A DNA stretch of 64,000 nt. Source: Candidatus Magasanikiibacteriota bacterium. GTDB taxonomy: Bacteria > Patescibacteriota > Patescibacteriia > Magasanikbacterales > GWA2-37-8. Below the pieces are notes generated by a model. That model saw nothing but the letters and a program-made list of their open reading frames with translations, had not been told where the DNA came from and did no database searches. The stretch covers positions 2,513 through 66,512 of the forward strand of contig JBAYIZ010000005.1 of assembly GCA_041665405.1 (NCBI GenBank), in the 5' to 3' direction. Each line of letters opens with the position of its first letter. Positions within the stretch are counted from its first letter, which is position 1. Shown here one piece after another: positions 46,775 to 56,542 of this stretch. The translations under genes were made by a program, and so were the position numbers.

Positions 46775-47218
46775 ATGTTATACATTGCTAGTGATCATCG
46801 CGGTTTTCAGTTAAAAAAACATCTTCTCACTTTTATCAAAACCCAACTCGGTAAAAAAATTACTGATCTTGGCCCAAAAAAATATGACAAGGAAGATGAC
46901 TACACAAAATTTTCTATTTTGTTAACTCAAAAAGTAGTTTCAAAAAAAGACAACCTCGGAATTTTGATTTGTGGTACTGCCCACGGTGTTTGTATGGTAG
47001 CAAATAAAATAAAAGGTGGACGTGCTATCGTCGGCTATAGTATCGAGGGCGCCGAAAGAGGTCGCCAACACGAAGACGCCAACATACTTTGTTTAGCTGC
47101 CGATTATCTCTCCAACGAACATGCCAATGCAATAGTAAAAAAATTTTTAGAAACAAAATTTGATGGGCTAGAACGACGTATCCGTCGCAATAAAATCATG
47201 GCTGATTTAGAAAAATAA
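46775..47218 (+). CDS. rpiB: ribose-5-phosphate isomerase B
   Basis: MLYIASDHRGFQLKKHL resembles the RpiB MKIAIGSDHAGF. The track ORF starts at the TTG at 46754. Confidence 0.8.
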   Translation: MLYIASDHRGFQLKKHLLTFIKTQLGKKITDLGPKKYDKEDDYTKFSILLTQKVVSKKDNLGILICGTAHGVCMVANKIKGGRAIVGYSIEGAERGRQHEDANILCLAADYLSNEHANAIVKKFLETKFDGLERRIRRNKIMADLEK

Positions 47219-47222
47219 TATT

Positions 47223-47861
47223 ATGATTATTCCTGCTATACTCGAAAAAAACTTTATCAATTTTGAAGACAAGGCCAAAAAATTATCCTTTGCTCCACTA
47301 ATTCAAATTGACGTGATGGATGGAGAATTTGTTCCAGCCAAATCTTTTTCTGAAATTGAAAAAATTAATAATTTAAATTTACCCAATGAATGGGAAATTC
47401 ATTTGATGGTCAGTCACCCGTTAAATGAATTAAAAAAATGGCAAGAGGTAAAAAATTTGAAGCGCATTCTATTTCATATTGAGTCAGAAGATAATCCACA
47501 AACTGTGATCCATGCTATAAAAAATGCAGGATACGAAGTTGGTATAGTCATTAATCCAGAAACAAAAATCACAGAAATATTACCATTCTTAAATCAAATT
47601 AATGTGGTAATGTTTATGACCGTTCATCCTGGAGGCCAAAACGCACCCTTTGTTCCAGAGGTACAAGAAAAAATCATTAGTTTTAAAAACCTTGTCGATA
47701 GCAAAGAAATCGATCTGACAATCGCGGTTGATGGCGCAATAAACAAAGACAATATCCAAGAAATTAAAAAATGGGGCGTAAATAATTTTTGTGTTGGTGG
47801 GGCTATATTAAGGGCGCCTGACCTCCAAAAAGCTTACGAGGAATTAACCAATTTAATATAA
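47223..47861 (+). CDS. rpe: ribulose-phosphate 3-epimerase
   Basis: IIPAILEKNF...IQIDVMDGEFVP...HLMV...H.E TIM-barrel Rpe motifs. Confidence 0.8.
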   Translation: MIIPAILEKNFINFEDKAKKLSFAPLIQIDVMDGEFVPAKSFSEIEKINNLNLPNEWEIHLMVSHPLNELKKWQEVKNLKRILFHIESEDNPQTVIHAIKNAGYEVGIVINPETKITEILPFLNQINVVMFMTVHPGGQNAPFVPEVQEKIISFKNLVDSKEIDLTIAVDGAINKDNIQEIKKWGVNNFCVGGAILRAPDLQKAYEELTNLI

Positions 47862-47862
47862 T

Positions 47863-48807
47863 ATGTTTGATCTTATCATCATCGGAGCGGCTGCGGCAGG
47901 TAGTAGCGCGGCTATATATAGTGCTAGAAGAAAATTAAATTTCAAAATTGTCACCGATGATTTGGGTGGTGAAGTGGCATTGTCCGGAGTGGTAAACAAT
48001 TGGCCAGGTACTATTGATATTCAAGGATATGAGTTGGCACAAAAATTTGCTGAACATGTAAAATCTTATGGCGTAGAAATCGACCAAGGGTTTAGAGTAG
48101 AAAAAATTGTTTCGAAAAATAATCATCACGTAATATTTGCAAAAAGTGCTAGTGACGAAGAAAAACAATACCAAACCAAAACTGTAATTATTGCTACTGG
48201 TATTCACCCCCGCCAACTGGGTGTGAAGGGCGAAGCGGAATACAATCGCAAGGGTGTCACCTATTGTACTGTTTGTGATGGCCCATTATTCAAAAATAAA
48301 ATTACCACCACTATTGGATCTGGAAACTCCGCTCTCGAATCTGCCCTCATGATGGCTGGTATCGCCAAAAAGGTATATCTGATCAGCAAGTATACAAACA
48401 CAGCTGAAAACAACTTTGGCTTTCCAAAAGGTGAAAATATTTTGATTGATAAAATCAAAGCTTTGTCAAATGTGGAAATAATTTATGGAGCAGTGACCAC
48501 CGAGATTATTGGTGATAAAAATGTAACGGGTGTAAAATATACTGATAGTACTGGTACAGAAAAAAATATAGAAACACAGGGTGTGATGGTCCATATTGGC
48601 CAAACACCTAATTCGCAATTTGTTGAAGTAGAAAAAAATGGCATGAAAGAAATAAAAGTTGATGCCAAATGTCGCACTAGTGTAAAGGGAATTTTTGCCG
48701 CCGGAGATGTGACTGACGTCGCCTACAAACAAATCGGCATTTCGGCTGGACAAGGTATTATCGCCGCCCTAGCCGCGATTGAATATACTAATAGATGGAG
48801 TGAATAA
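47863..48807 (+). CDS. trxB: thioredoxin-disulfide reductase
   Basis: FDLIIIGAAAAGSSAAIY (FAD), CTVCDGP (redox-active CxxC), GSGNSALE (NADPH). Confidence 0.85.
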   Translation: MFDLIIIGAAAAGSSAAIYSARRKLNFKIVTDDLGGEVALSGVVNNWPGTIDIQGYELAQKFAEHVKSYGVEIDQGFRVEKIVSKNNHHVIFAKSASDEEKQYQTKTVIIATGIHPRQLGVKGEAEYNRKGVTYCTVCDGPLFKNKITTTIGSGNSALESALMMAGIAKKVYLISKYTNTAENNFGFPKGENILIDKIKALSNVEIIYGAVTTEIIGDKNVTGVKYTDSTGTEKNIETQGVMVHIGQTPNSQFVEVEKNGMKEIKVDAKCRTSVKGIFAAGDVTDVAYKQIGISAGQGIIAALAAIEYTNRWSE

Positions 48808-48822
48808 TTAATTATAATTTTT

Positions 48823-49299
48823 ATGAAAGATACAGAAAACGGAGGATTATCAAAAGAAGAGATGGACAGATATTTTCCCTCTTCGGACAGGCCGACCGAC
48901 CGAGAGGGTGTCCTTATTGATACTGGAAACAGACCAAGGAGGACAGATAGTGTTACTCCAAAACAAGATGATGAAGCTAGGTCAAGAGAAAACCGAGAAA
49001 AAAATAATTTTAGTGTACTATCTGGTGATCTAGATACCATCAACACTAAAATCAAAAATTTTTTGACAGCCAGACGGGGCGGATCCAAAGATACTATATC
49101 TACTGTAATTATTAGAGATATGGCTGAGGCTATCATCGACAAGATGAATAATATTAGAAGAAATAAACCTGGCGAAGAGTTTACAGATATTCAAGCTAAA
49201 CTTGATCAACTGACAGATGGGCTGGATCAAATGGGTATGAGAACCTTCGCTGATAATTATTTCAAAAGCCAAAAGCCGCCTATGCGTAAAGCTGCTTAA
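48823..49299 (+). CDS. hypothetical charged protein
   Basis: 158 aa, Asp/Arg/Lys-rich, no motif. Confidence 0.35.
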   Translation: MKDTENGGLSKEEMDRYFPSSDRPTDREGVLIDTGNRPRRTDSVTPKQDDEARSRENREKNNFSVLSGDLDTINTKIKNFLTARRGGSKDTISTVIIRDMAEAIIDKMNNIRRNKPGEEFTDIQAKLDQLTDGLDQMGMRTFADNYFKSQKPPMRKAA

Positions 49300-49326
49300 T
49301 TTTATCTATTATTAAAATACAAGCCT

Positions 49327-49641
49327 ATGAACTTTTTCTTTAATTTATTTCCTCATCTTCCATGGGGTATGACGGAAATAATCGTTAATGTGGTGGCCAT
49401 GATTGGTGTCATCTTACATATCTATGGTGTATTTTTAGAAAAAGAAAAACGTCGTGATTTGGTGTTTGTTATCGGTGGCACTTGTCTATTTGTTTATTCT
49501 CTTTGGATACAAAACAAAATTTTCTCTTTTGCTATGGCCGGTTTTACCCTGGCCAGTCTAGTAGAATATATAGAAATTTTGACTGGGCATCATTTACATA
49601 ATACAAAATTAGTAGAAGATTATAAACATCCAAATCAATAA
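49327..49641 (+). CDS. hypothetical small membrane protein
   Basis: 104 aa, 3 TM helices. Confidence 0.35.
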   Translation: MNFFFNLFPHLPWGMTEIIVNVVAMIGVILHIYGVFLEKEKRRDLVFVIGGTCLFVYSLWIQNKIFSFAMAGFTLASLVEYIEILTGHHLHNTKLVEDYKHPNQ

Positions 49642-49644
49642 TCT

Positions 49645-50628
49645 ATGTACAAAATTATTGCCATTGGTGACGTTATTTTAGACACTCATATCAAAATAGA
49701 TGACGCCTCGGTAGAATGCGATTTGGACGGACGCAGATGTAAGTTGTGTCTAGATTATGCCACCAAAATACCAGTCACAGACAGTTTTCAAACCATAGGA
49801 GGTAATTCCGCCAATTTGGCGTTTAGCACAACAAAGTTAGGCCTCAGCACCGCTATTTTGAGTACTGTGGGCTATGATTCCAATGGCCAAATAATTGTTG
49901 ACGCTTTAAAAAAGTCAAAAATAAATACTGAATTTATTTTTTCAGACAAAAAAGCCAAAACCAGATATTCTACAATTTTGAACTTCCAAGGTGAAAGAAC
50001 AATTTTATCTTATCACCAAAAAAGAAACTACATCTGGCCAAAAGATTTCCCCGCTACCGATTGGATATATTACACCAGTCTAAGTGAAGGGTTCGATTTG
50101 TTGCAAACAAAACTACTAAAATTTTTAGAAAAACATTCTTCTGTTCGTTTGGCTTTTAATCCTGGATCGTTTCAATTGAAGAACGATTTGGAACTAACTA
50201 AAACAATTATCGCCAAAAGTGATTTGTTGATTGTTAATTTGGAAGAAGCTGAAAAGTTGGCTGGTGCAAATTTAAATAAATCAAAATCCGTCCAAAGTAT
50301 AATACATAAATTATTGGAACTTGGAGCACATGAAGTGGTTATCACGGACGGGGCAAACGGGGCGTGGGCGGGAAATGTGGATAGCGTCTGGTACAGTGAA
50401 TCATACCCAGTGAAAATAGTATCCAAAACTGGGGCCGGCGATGCTTTCTCCGCAGGATATTTGTCTGCCAAACTATATGGCCACGACCTCCCTACTTGTC
50501 TAACCTGGGGTATCGCCAACAGCTGTTCAGTGTTGGGACATTTTGGAGTGCAGGATGGGTTATTGGATAGAAACGGACTCAAAAAAATGATAGAAAAATA
50601 TTCTAAAATAAAACCCCAAGAAAAATAA
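49645..50628 (+). CDS. PfkB-family carbohydrate/ribokinase-like kinase
   Basis: GGNSAN (N-terminal), GAGDAFSAGY (ATP-binding signature 2). Confidence 0.7.
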   Translation: MYKIIAIGDVILDTHIKIDDASVECDLDGRRCKLCLDYATKIPVTDSFQTIGGNSANLAFSTTKLGLSTAILSTVGYDSNGQIIVDALKKSKINTEFIFSDKKAKTRYSTILNFQGERTILSYHQKRNYIWPKDFPATDWIYYTSLSEGFDLLQTKLLKFLEKHSSVRLAFNPGSFQLKNDLELTKTIIAKSDLLIVNLEEAEKLAGANLNKSKSVQSIIHKLLELGAHEVVITDGANGAWAGNVDSVWYSESYPVKIVSKTGAGDAFSAGYLSAKLYGHDLPTCLTWGIANSCSVLGHFGVQDGLLDRNGLKKMIEKYSKIKPQEK

Positions 50629-50679
50629 AACAAAAATCCTCCAACTAACGGAGAATTTTTTTATTGGTTAATTTGCGAT

Positions 50680-51402
50680 TTATTCTTGTGAATAAAAATC
50701 GATTTCAATTGTTTCGTGAATACCACGCATTCTGTTTAATTCTTGCTTGCGGCCAACAAAAAATTCGTGAGATTTTTCAACATCTTCATGCGCAAATTCT
50801 GGCGCCAACAAACATAGCCCATGCTCAAATGCATCCACGCGAGCGCGAATTTCATCGGCCAAGGTAGCGTGATTTTCTTCTTTGTCGGCCAACTCATTCA
50901 AGCGACCCAAATGATGTTTTATCTCATCTAATATTTCTTTGAACTCTTGAACTTTTTTCAAATAAAATTCTTTCTTCATTCCGACTGCTTCTCTGGTGGC
51001 GAAATCACGTATTTGAATTTGCATATTTATTAGAGCCTCACTCAAAATCATTCTTTGTTCTTCATCGAAATAGTTGGCCATTTTCCCAGAAAAAAAATCT
51101 CTCAAACTTAAACCAAGTTGTCTATATTCCAAATATTTTTCTTGCAATTCCGTTGGCAAACTTGCCAACAAAAATTGTTCACCAACTTTTTCTTCAGCGG
51201 AAGTTAATAGCTCTCTAAATGCACGGCTCCAAGGCCAAACTTCATAACCATGTTGTACCATCAATTTTTCTAGATCTTTTATATCTATCTCGTTTTCTTG
51301 AACATTTTTCAAATCTTTTCTCATCTGGTATTTCAAATCCTCTGGAAAAAGTGGCGGGATACTATCCACCAATTGTTTAAATAAGGCTATTGTAGATTGC
51401 AT
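50680..51402 (-). CDS. hypothetical helical protein
   Basis: 240 aa, predicted all-alpha, no motif. Confidence 0.35.
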   Translation of the reverse strand: MQSTIALFKQLVDSIPPLFPEDLKYQMRKDLKNVQENEIDIKDLEKLMVQHGYEVWPWSRAFRELLTSAEEKVGEQFLLASLPTELQEKYLEYRQLGLSLRDFFSGKMANYFDEEQRMILSEALINMQIQIRDFATREAVGMKKEFYLKKVQEFKEILDEIKHHLGRLNELADKEENHATLADEIRARVDAFEHGLCLLAPEFAHEDVEKSHEFFVGRKQELNRMRGIHETIEIDFYSQE

Positions 51403-51408
51403 ATTATT

Positions 51409-51870
51409 TTATTTACTTTTGGAAGAAATGTAATACATAGTAATACCGGCGGCCACGCTCACATTCAAACTCTTTTTCTTGCCTTTCATGTCCAACTCGA
51501 TATCCTTGTCACAATATTTCAATAAACTCTTGGTGACACCGGTTTTTTCATTACCGACAATCAAAGCCAGCGGAAATTTTGGCTCCCACTCATATATATT
51601 AACACTTTTTGGCGTCTGTTCCAAGGCGACAATATTATATCCATCCTCTTTCAGTTTTTTTAATAAACGTCCAGTTTGTTTGGTGTACTCCCATGGCACC
51701 CATTTTTCTGCACCTAAAGATACTTTATCTAGACGAGGATGTGGAGGACACGGGGTGTAGCCGGTGAGATATATTTTATCTACCCCTGCCCCATCGGCAG
51801 TACGAAACATAGCACCGACATTGTGGGCACTGCGGATATTGGGTAAAATGATAACAAATTTTGGCAACAT
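51409..51870 (-). CDS. SpoU/TrmH-family RNA 2'-O-methyltransferase (SPOUT)
   Basis: MLPKFVIILPNIRSAHNVGAMFRTADGAG plus the C-terminal LNVSVAAGI knot motif. The track start is 5 codons earlier. Confidence 0.7.
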   Translation of the reverse strand: MLPKFVIILPNIRSAHNVGAMFRTADGAGVDKIYLTGYTPCPPHPRLDKVSLGAEKWVPWEYTKQTGRLLKKLKEDGYNIVALEQTPKSVNIYEWEPKFPLALIVGNEKTGVTKSLLKYCDKDIELDMKGKKKSLNVSVAAGITMYYISSKSK

Positions 51871-51973
51871 ATATTTTCTTGTCACTCTGTATCTTATGGT
51901 ATATAATCAATTTATACTGATGTGAGCTTTTACAACAAAATTATAGCTTATTTATCACAAAAAATCAACGAAT

Positions 51974-52387
51974 ATGGACAACAGACCATCGGTAGGAATC
52001 GGAGTAATTGTCATCAAGGATAATATGGTTCTTTTGGGTAAAAGAAAAAACGCCCACGGTGAAGGAGCGTGGAGCTTTGGTGGTGGTCATCTAGAATTGA
52101 AAGAATCATGGGAAGAATGTGCCGCACGAGAAGTTATGGAGGAAGTCGGGATTACAATAAAAAATATTCGTTTTGGAACTGCGACCAATGATATTTTTGA
52201 TAAGGAAGAAAAACATTACATTACCATATTTATGATCGGAGATTATGATTCTGGTGAAGTCAAAACCATGGAACCAGAAAAATGTGAAGGATGGGAGTGG
52301 TTTGAATGGGATCAATTACCAAGACCACTTTTTTTACCAATCGAAAATTTATTAAAGCAAAGTTTTGACCCCTTCAAAGCCAGCTAG
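51974..52387 (+). CDS. NUDIX hydrolase
   Basis: Nudix box GGGHLELKESWEECAAREVMEEVGI. Confidence 0.75.
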   Translation: MDNRPSVGIGVIVIKDNMVLLGKRKNAHGEGAWSFGGGHLELKESWEECAAREVMEEVGITIKNIRFGTATNDIFDKEEKHYITIFMIGDYDSGEVKTMEPEKCEGWEWFEWDQLPRPLFLPIENLLKQSFDPFKAS

Positions 52388-52391
52388 AAAA

Positions 52392-53117
52392 TTATTTTCC
52401 AATATAACTAATTTCGTCCTCATGCAAACGACGCAAACCAGCGTCGTTTGTCATTTCTTCATAAATATGAGCTACCAACCCAGGTACGCGAGCGGTGATA
52501 AAAATCCCTTTCATCATGTCTGGATCAAAACCCATATCCGCCAATATTGCTCCCATAGCACCGTCAATATTTAATGGTAATTGTTTTGAAGAAATTTTAT
52601 TTAATTCTTTTTGACTATCAACAGCCACTTGGCAGGCTTGTTTAAAAAACCCAGTCTTTTTGGCAATTTTTAGAAGCTCTTCCGCGCGTTCATCTCTCTC
52701 CAATACTGCATGTCCAAATCCAGCCAAACGCACTTTTTTGTCCTTTAGCTCTCCAATGGTCTGAACCAAATTTTTATTTTTTATATTTTTCAAAAAGAAT
52801 TTAGCGGCATTTTCGATTGCGCTACCATGCCTTTCTCCCATCGCTAGAATACCAGCAGTAAGAGCAGTATGCATACTATTTTTGGCTGAGGCCACAATAC
52901 GCGCAGTCATGGCTGAAGCGGTACCAATACCATGATCAATGGCCGCGGTAAGCAGAGCATCCAACATTTTAGTTTCTTTCGCTTTAGGCATTCTCCCCTG
53001 CCAAATTAAAAAAATAGTTTCTGTAAAAGTATTATTTTTAATCAAACCAGACAATTTTTTGCCACGAATAGTTTCTTTACCACTATTAACATTAGTAATT
53101 TTTGTTTCCCATTTCAT
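52392..53117 (-). CDS. citrate-synthase-fold small protein (citryl-CoA-lyase-like / ACL C-terminal-domain-like)
   Basis: LAGFGHAVLERDERA matches the CS-family catalytic GFGH.VY...DPR. 241 aa covers only the C-terminal CS region. Confidence 0.55.
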   Translation of the reverse strand: MKWETKITNVNSGKETIRGKKLSGLIKNNTFTETIFLIWQGRMPKAKETKMLDALLTAAIDHGIGTASAMTARIVASAKNSMHTALTAGILAMGERHGSAIENAAKFFLKNIKNKNLVQTIGELKDKKVRLAGFGHAVLERDERAEELLKIAKKTGFFKQACQVAVDSQKELNKISSKQLPLNIDGAMGAILADMGFDPDMMKGIFITARVPGLVAHIYEEMTNDAGLRRLHEDEISYIGK

Positions 53118-53267
53118 AATATTTTAAAAAAGTATTAAAGCCGATTAAATATTAATTTTCGCAGTGCGAATTGTTTGAAGTGGCGAGAATCAAACAAGGC
53201 TGTCTGCAATAAGATAAATTCGCCACAAGTCTGAGCACAAGAAAATTCATATTTATGAGGCGTCAAA

Positions 53268-54164
53268 TCATGCGAAAGGCTTAATCTTAGTTACTAAATC
53301 CTCATAAGTATCCGCAATCAATACCCCCACAGACTTCAAAGCCGCTTTCTTTTCCTCCGCACTTTGCCCCTTACCAACAATCGCCCCCGCATGTCCAATG
53401 TTCATTCCCTCTGGAAATAGATTAGCAAATTTACCTCCAATATACACCGCCAATGGTTTGGTCCATTCTTTATTTTTGATCATATCTACTATTTCGAATT
53501 CATATCCTCCACCATGTTCACCGAAAATAACCACCGCTTTGGTTTGTTCGTCTTTTTCAAACAATTTTAACAAGTCAGCATAAGTGGTACCCATTAAAAG
53601 GTCGCCGCCCACATGTACCGCTGTACTTTGTCCTAGACCAGCTTTGCGAATTTGCCATGATAATTCGTTGGTCATACCACCAGATCTAGAAATCACTCCA
53701 ATGCTACCAGGCTGAAAAACTTCATTAGCCAAACTTAATGGACCGCCCACTACCCCAATCCTCCCCTCTCCTGGACTAATATAGCCAAGTGAACTAGGAC
53801 CAATCAGGCGAATATTTTTTTCTTTGGCGGCCGCTAAACAATAGGCAGTATCTTGAATGGGAATTCTTTCAACGATGGTATTTATAATTGCGATATTATT
53901 TTCAATCGCTTCCAATATCGCCTCCTTGGCGGCAAATGGTGGCACATAAATTGTAGTGGTAGAAATATCGGGATGCGCCGACATTGCTTCTTTTACCGAA
54001 TTGTAAACTGGCACTCCTTCTACAATTTCTCCACCTTTGCCGGGACGCACACCGGCTATCACTTGAGTACCATATTCACGCATGGCCGCCGCCGCTTTTT
54101 GCCCCTCTTTGCCAGTAATCCCCTGTACCAAAACTTTAGTATTTTTATTTATTAAAATCGACAT
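53268..54164 (-). CDS. sucD: succinyl-CoA-synthetase alpha-type subunit (CoA-binding plus phosphohistidine)
   Basis: MSILINKNTKVLVQGITGKEG, SRSGGMT, NIGHAGAIV (catalytic His loop). Confidence 0.8.
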   Translation of the reverse strand: MSILINKNTKVLVQGITGKEGQKAAAAMREYGTQVIAGVRPGKGGEIVEGVPVYNSVKEAMSAHPDISTTTIYVPPFAAKEAILEAIENNIAIINTIVERIPIQDTAYCLAAAKEKNIRLIGPSSLGYISPGEGRIGVVGGPLSLANEVFQPGSIGVISRSGGMTNELSWQIRKAGLGQSTAVHVGGDLLMGTTYADLLKLFEKDEQTKAVVIFGEHGGGYEFEIVDMIKNKEWTKPLAVYIGGKFANLFPEGMNIGHAGAIVGKGQSAEEKKAALKSVGVLIADTYEDLVTKIKPFA

Positions 54165-54167
54165 ATA

Positions 54168-55310
54168 TTATTTGTTTATCATATCAACTAAAACGGCGGC
54201 AGTCTCGCCCATGGCTATTTCTTTACCAAAAATTTTTAAATTTAAATTATTTCTTTTCGCACATTCTTCCATCAGTCGTTTACCTTCAACTTCATTGGGT
54301 CCAGCCCTACGAATTACGATAGGATAGCTCGGTTTAACTTCATCTAGCGCGTCAATAATTCCACTAAAGGTAGCGGCTATATCTGTAAAGTTGGCCGTTC
54401 CGCCAGCAATCCATAAACCACGTAATCCTGGTTTTGACAGTACTATTTTAGCTAATTGATAAACTTTTTCTCGAGGAGGATTACCAGAATATTCGGTGTA
54501 ATTGTCCGGTTTTAAACCGACTTGAATGAGTGCGTCCATATTGGCAATACTAGCACCGCCTCCAGAAAATAATACGGCCACATCTCCATCCATTTCAATA
54601 TATTTACCAGCTGTACCACGATAATAATTTTCACCTTCATCGATTTTTTTCACTTCTATTTCTCTTTCAGTCGGCAAACGACCAAGCATAGTGCGTGGTT
54701 CAAAATTCCAATCTTTATGACGATAAAAAGCATCCTCATCTAAAGCTATTTTGGCATCAGCCGCCACAAAATTTCCTTCAACAGTTTTTACCAATGGATT
54801 GATCTCCACCACTCGAGCATCGCTTTGCAAAAAGCAACGCCACAACTCATTGGCAAAAGGAATATCTGAATTTATTTCAGATTGTCTGATATCCAAATAT
54901 TGTTTTTTGATTTTTTCTTCTGACACATCTTCAATATCCATACCACCATCTTGAGAATATACTAGCACCGGCTGTTTTTTATTAGTGTCATAGGTAATAG
55001 ACAAATAATGCTCAGCTTCAATATTTAATTTTTCTTCCATCAATACTGCCGATACATATTGTCCACGGATATTACTAGCAAAAATTTTCTCGGCTGCCTG
55101 TTTGGCCTCAGCTGGTGAAACGGCAAATAGAATTCCATTATTTTTACCGCGCTTACCAGATAAAACCTGGGCTTTCAATACTACTCCCGCTATACCTAAC
55201 TGATTATATTTTTCTATAACATTATCTTCACGGCGTAACAAAACAGACTTTGGCACCGTAATACCAAACTTGGAAAAAATATTTTTTCCTTCAAATTCGT
55301 AAAGATTCAT
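54168..55310 (-). CDS. sucC: succinyl-CoA-synthetase beta-type subunit (ATP-grasp); C-terminal half divergent
   Basis: MNLYEFEGKNIFSKFGI resembles the SucC MNLHEYQAK. The track ORF starts 32 codons earlier and overlaps the upstream gene; ATG 55310 leaves a 1-nt gap. The GIIDALDEV...IVIRRAGPNE region is SucC-like, but the central segment (NYYRGTAGKYIEMDGD) is atypical. Confidence 0.7.
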   Translation of the reverse strand: MNLYEFEGKNIFSKFGITVPKSVLLRREDNVIEKYNQLGIAGVVLKAQVLSGKRGKNNGILFAVSPAEAKQAAEKIFASNIRGQYVSAVLMEEKLNIEAEHYLSITYDTNKKQPVLVYSQDGGMDIEDVSEEKIKKQYLDIRQSEINSDIPFANELWRCFLQSDARVVEINPLVKTVEGNFVAADAKIALDEDAFYRHKDWNFEPRTMLGRLPTEREIEVKKIDEGENYYRGTAGKYIEMDGDVAVLFSGGGASIANMDALIQVGLKPDNYTEYSGNPPREKVYQLAKIVLSKPGLRGLWIAGGTANFTDIAATFSGIIDALDEVKPSYPIVIRRAGPNEVEGKRLMEECAKRNNLNLKIFGKEIAMGETAAVLVDMINK

Positions 55311-55311
55311 A

Positions 55312-56196
55312 TTAGTTGCTATTCCACCTAGAAAAAATACCACAAGGTAACAAACGTTCACTATTACTTTCAGCGATAGCCAATTCTCCTTTCTCCAACT
55401 TACCACCGTACTTTGTAACTAACGATAACAAATTATTTTCATAGGCAATGGCTGAATAGCCGCTGGCGTAGCCATTAACTAAAAAGAATAGTGGATCGTC
55501 TGATAAAATTTGAGAACACAGATCTATTAAGCCAACAAAGTCTTTTTCTACCTTCCACATCTCCCCTTTTGGTCCATGACCAAAAGCTGGCGGGTCCATT
55601 AGGATACCATCATATTTTTTGCCACGCTTTACTTCACGTCGGACAAATTCTACTGCATCATCTAGTATCCAACGAATTGGTTTTTCTCGAAGCCCAGACA
55701 GCTCAGCATTATCTCTTGCCCAACCAATAGCTACCTTCGAACCGTCCACATGACAAACCTGTGCTCCAGCTTGAGCGCAAGCCAGACTAGCACCGCCAGT
55801 ATAACCAAATAGGTTCAGCACATTAATTTCTGGCTGATTGGGTAAACGTTTATTAATCATTTTGCGCATCCAGTGCCAATTACCTTCTTGTTCTGGAAAA
55901 AGTCCCGTGTGTTTAAAGGCAGTCGGACGAATATGAAATTTTAAACCACCAAAATTTATTGTCCACTTTTCTGGAGTACCTGGTTTTATTTTCCAATCGG
56001 CGTTGCGACCGTCGCGCACAAAAACCGCGTCAGCATCATTCCATGTTTTTACTGGTAAATTTTTCTTCCATAACGCTTGGGGATCAGGACGTCGAAAAAC
56101 TACTTTCCCGTAGCGTTCGAGTTTTTCACCATCACCACTGTCTAAAAGTTCATAATCTGGACTTGATGGGGTCGATAAAATAGATAGGTTTGACAT
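55312..56196 (-). CDS. class I SAM-dependent rRNA methyltransferase (RlmI/YccW-like)
   Basis: NLFGYTGGASLACAQAGA (motif I), ILMDPPAF (motif IV). N-terminal PUA-like region. Confidence 0.65.
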   Translation of the reverse strand: MSNLSILSTPSSPDYELLDSGDGEKLERYGKVVFRRPDPQALWKKNLPVKTWNDADAVFVRDGRNADWKIKPGTPEKWTINFGGLKFHIRPTAFKHTGLFPEQEGNWHWMRKMINKRLPNQPEINVLNLFGYTGGASLACAQAGAQVCHVDGSKVAIGWARDNAELSGLREKPIRWILDDAVEFVRREVKRGKKYDGILMDPPAFGHGPKGEMWKVEKDFVGLIDLCSQILSDDPLFFLVNGYASGYSAIAYENNLLSLVTKYGGKLEKGELAIAESNSERLLPCGIFSRWNSN

Positions 56197-56208
56197 AAGA
56201 TATAATTA

Positions 56209-56541
56209 TTATTTAAAATCCATTCTAAATTCTAAACCATGTTCTTTAAATCCTTTACGTTTATACCACTCATGCACTTCAGTTCGAACTTTTCTGCTAG
56301 TACTAATTAATTTATAACACTTTCTTGCTTGTGCTTCTGTAATAATAGTTTGTAATAATTCATTTCCAATCCCCTTTTTTCGACTATTTTCTTCTACAAA
56401 TACATCTTCCAACAAACCATACGGTTCTTGGTGTAAATCATTATAAATTAAATACAACCATGCCCGTCCCAGCTCTTGTCCATTTTCTTCTATAGAAATT
56501 TTTATTCCAACAGTAGATTTTTCAATTTTTTTTATATTCAT
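56209..56541 (-). CDS. GNAT-family N-acetyltransferase
   Basis: RKKGIGNELLQTIITEAQARKCYKL acetyl-CoA-binding motif A. Confidence 0.65.
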   Translation of the reverse strand: MNIKKIEKSTVGIKISIEENGQELGRAWLYLIYNDLHQEPYGLLEDVFVEENSRKKGIGNELLQTIITEAQARKCYKLISTSRKVRTEVHEWYKRKGFKEHGLEFRMDFK

Positions 56542-56542
56542 A

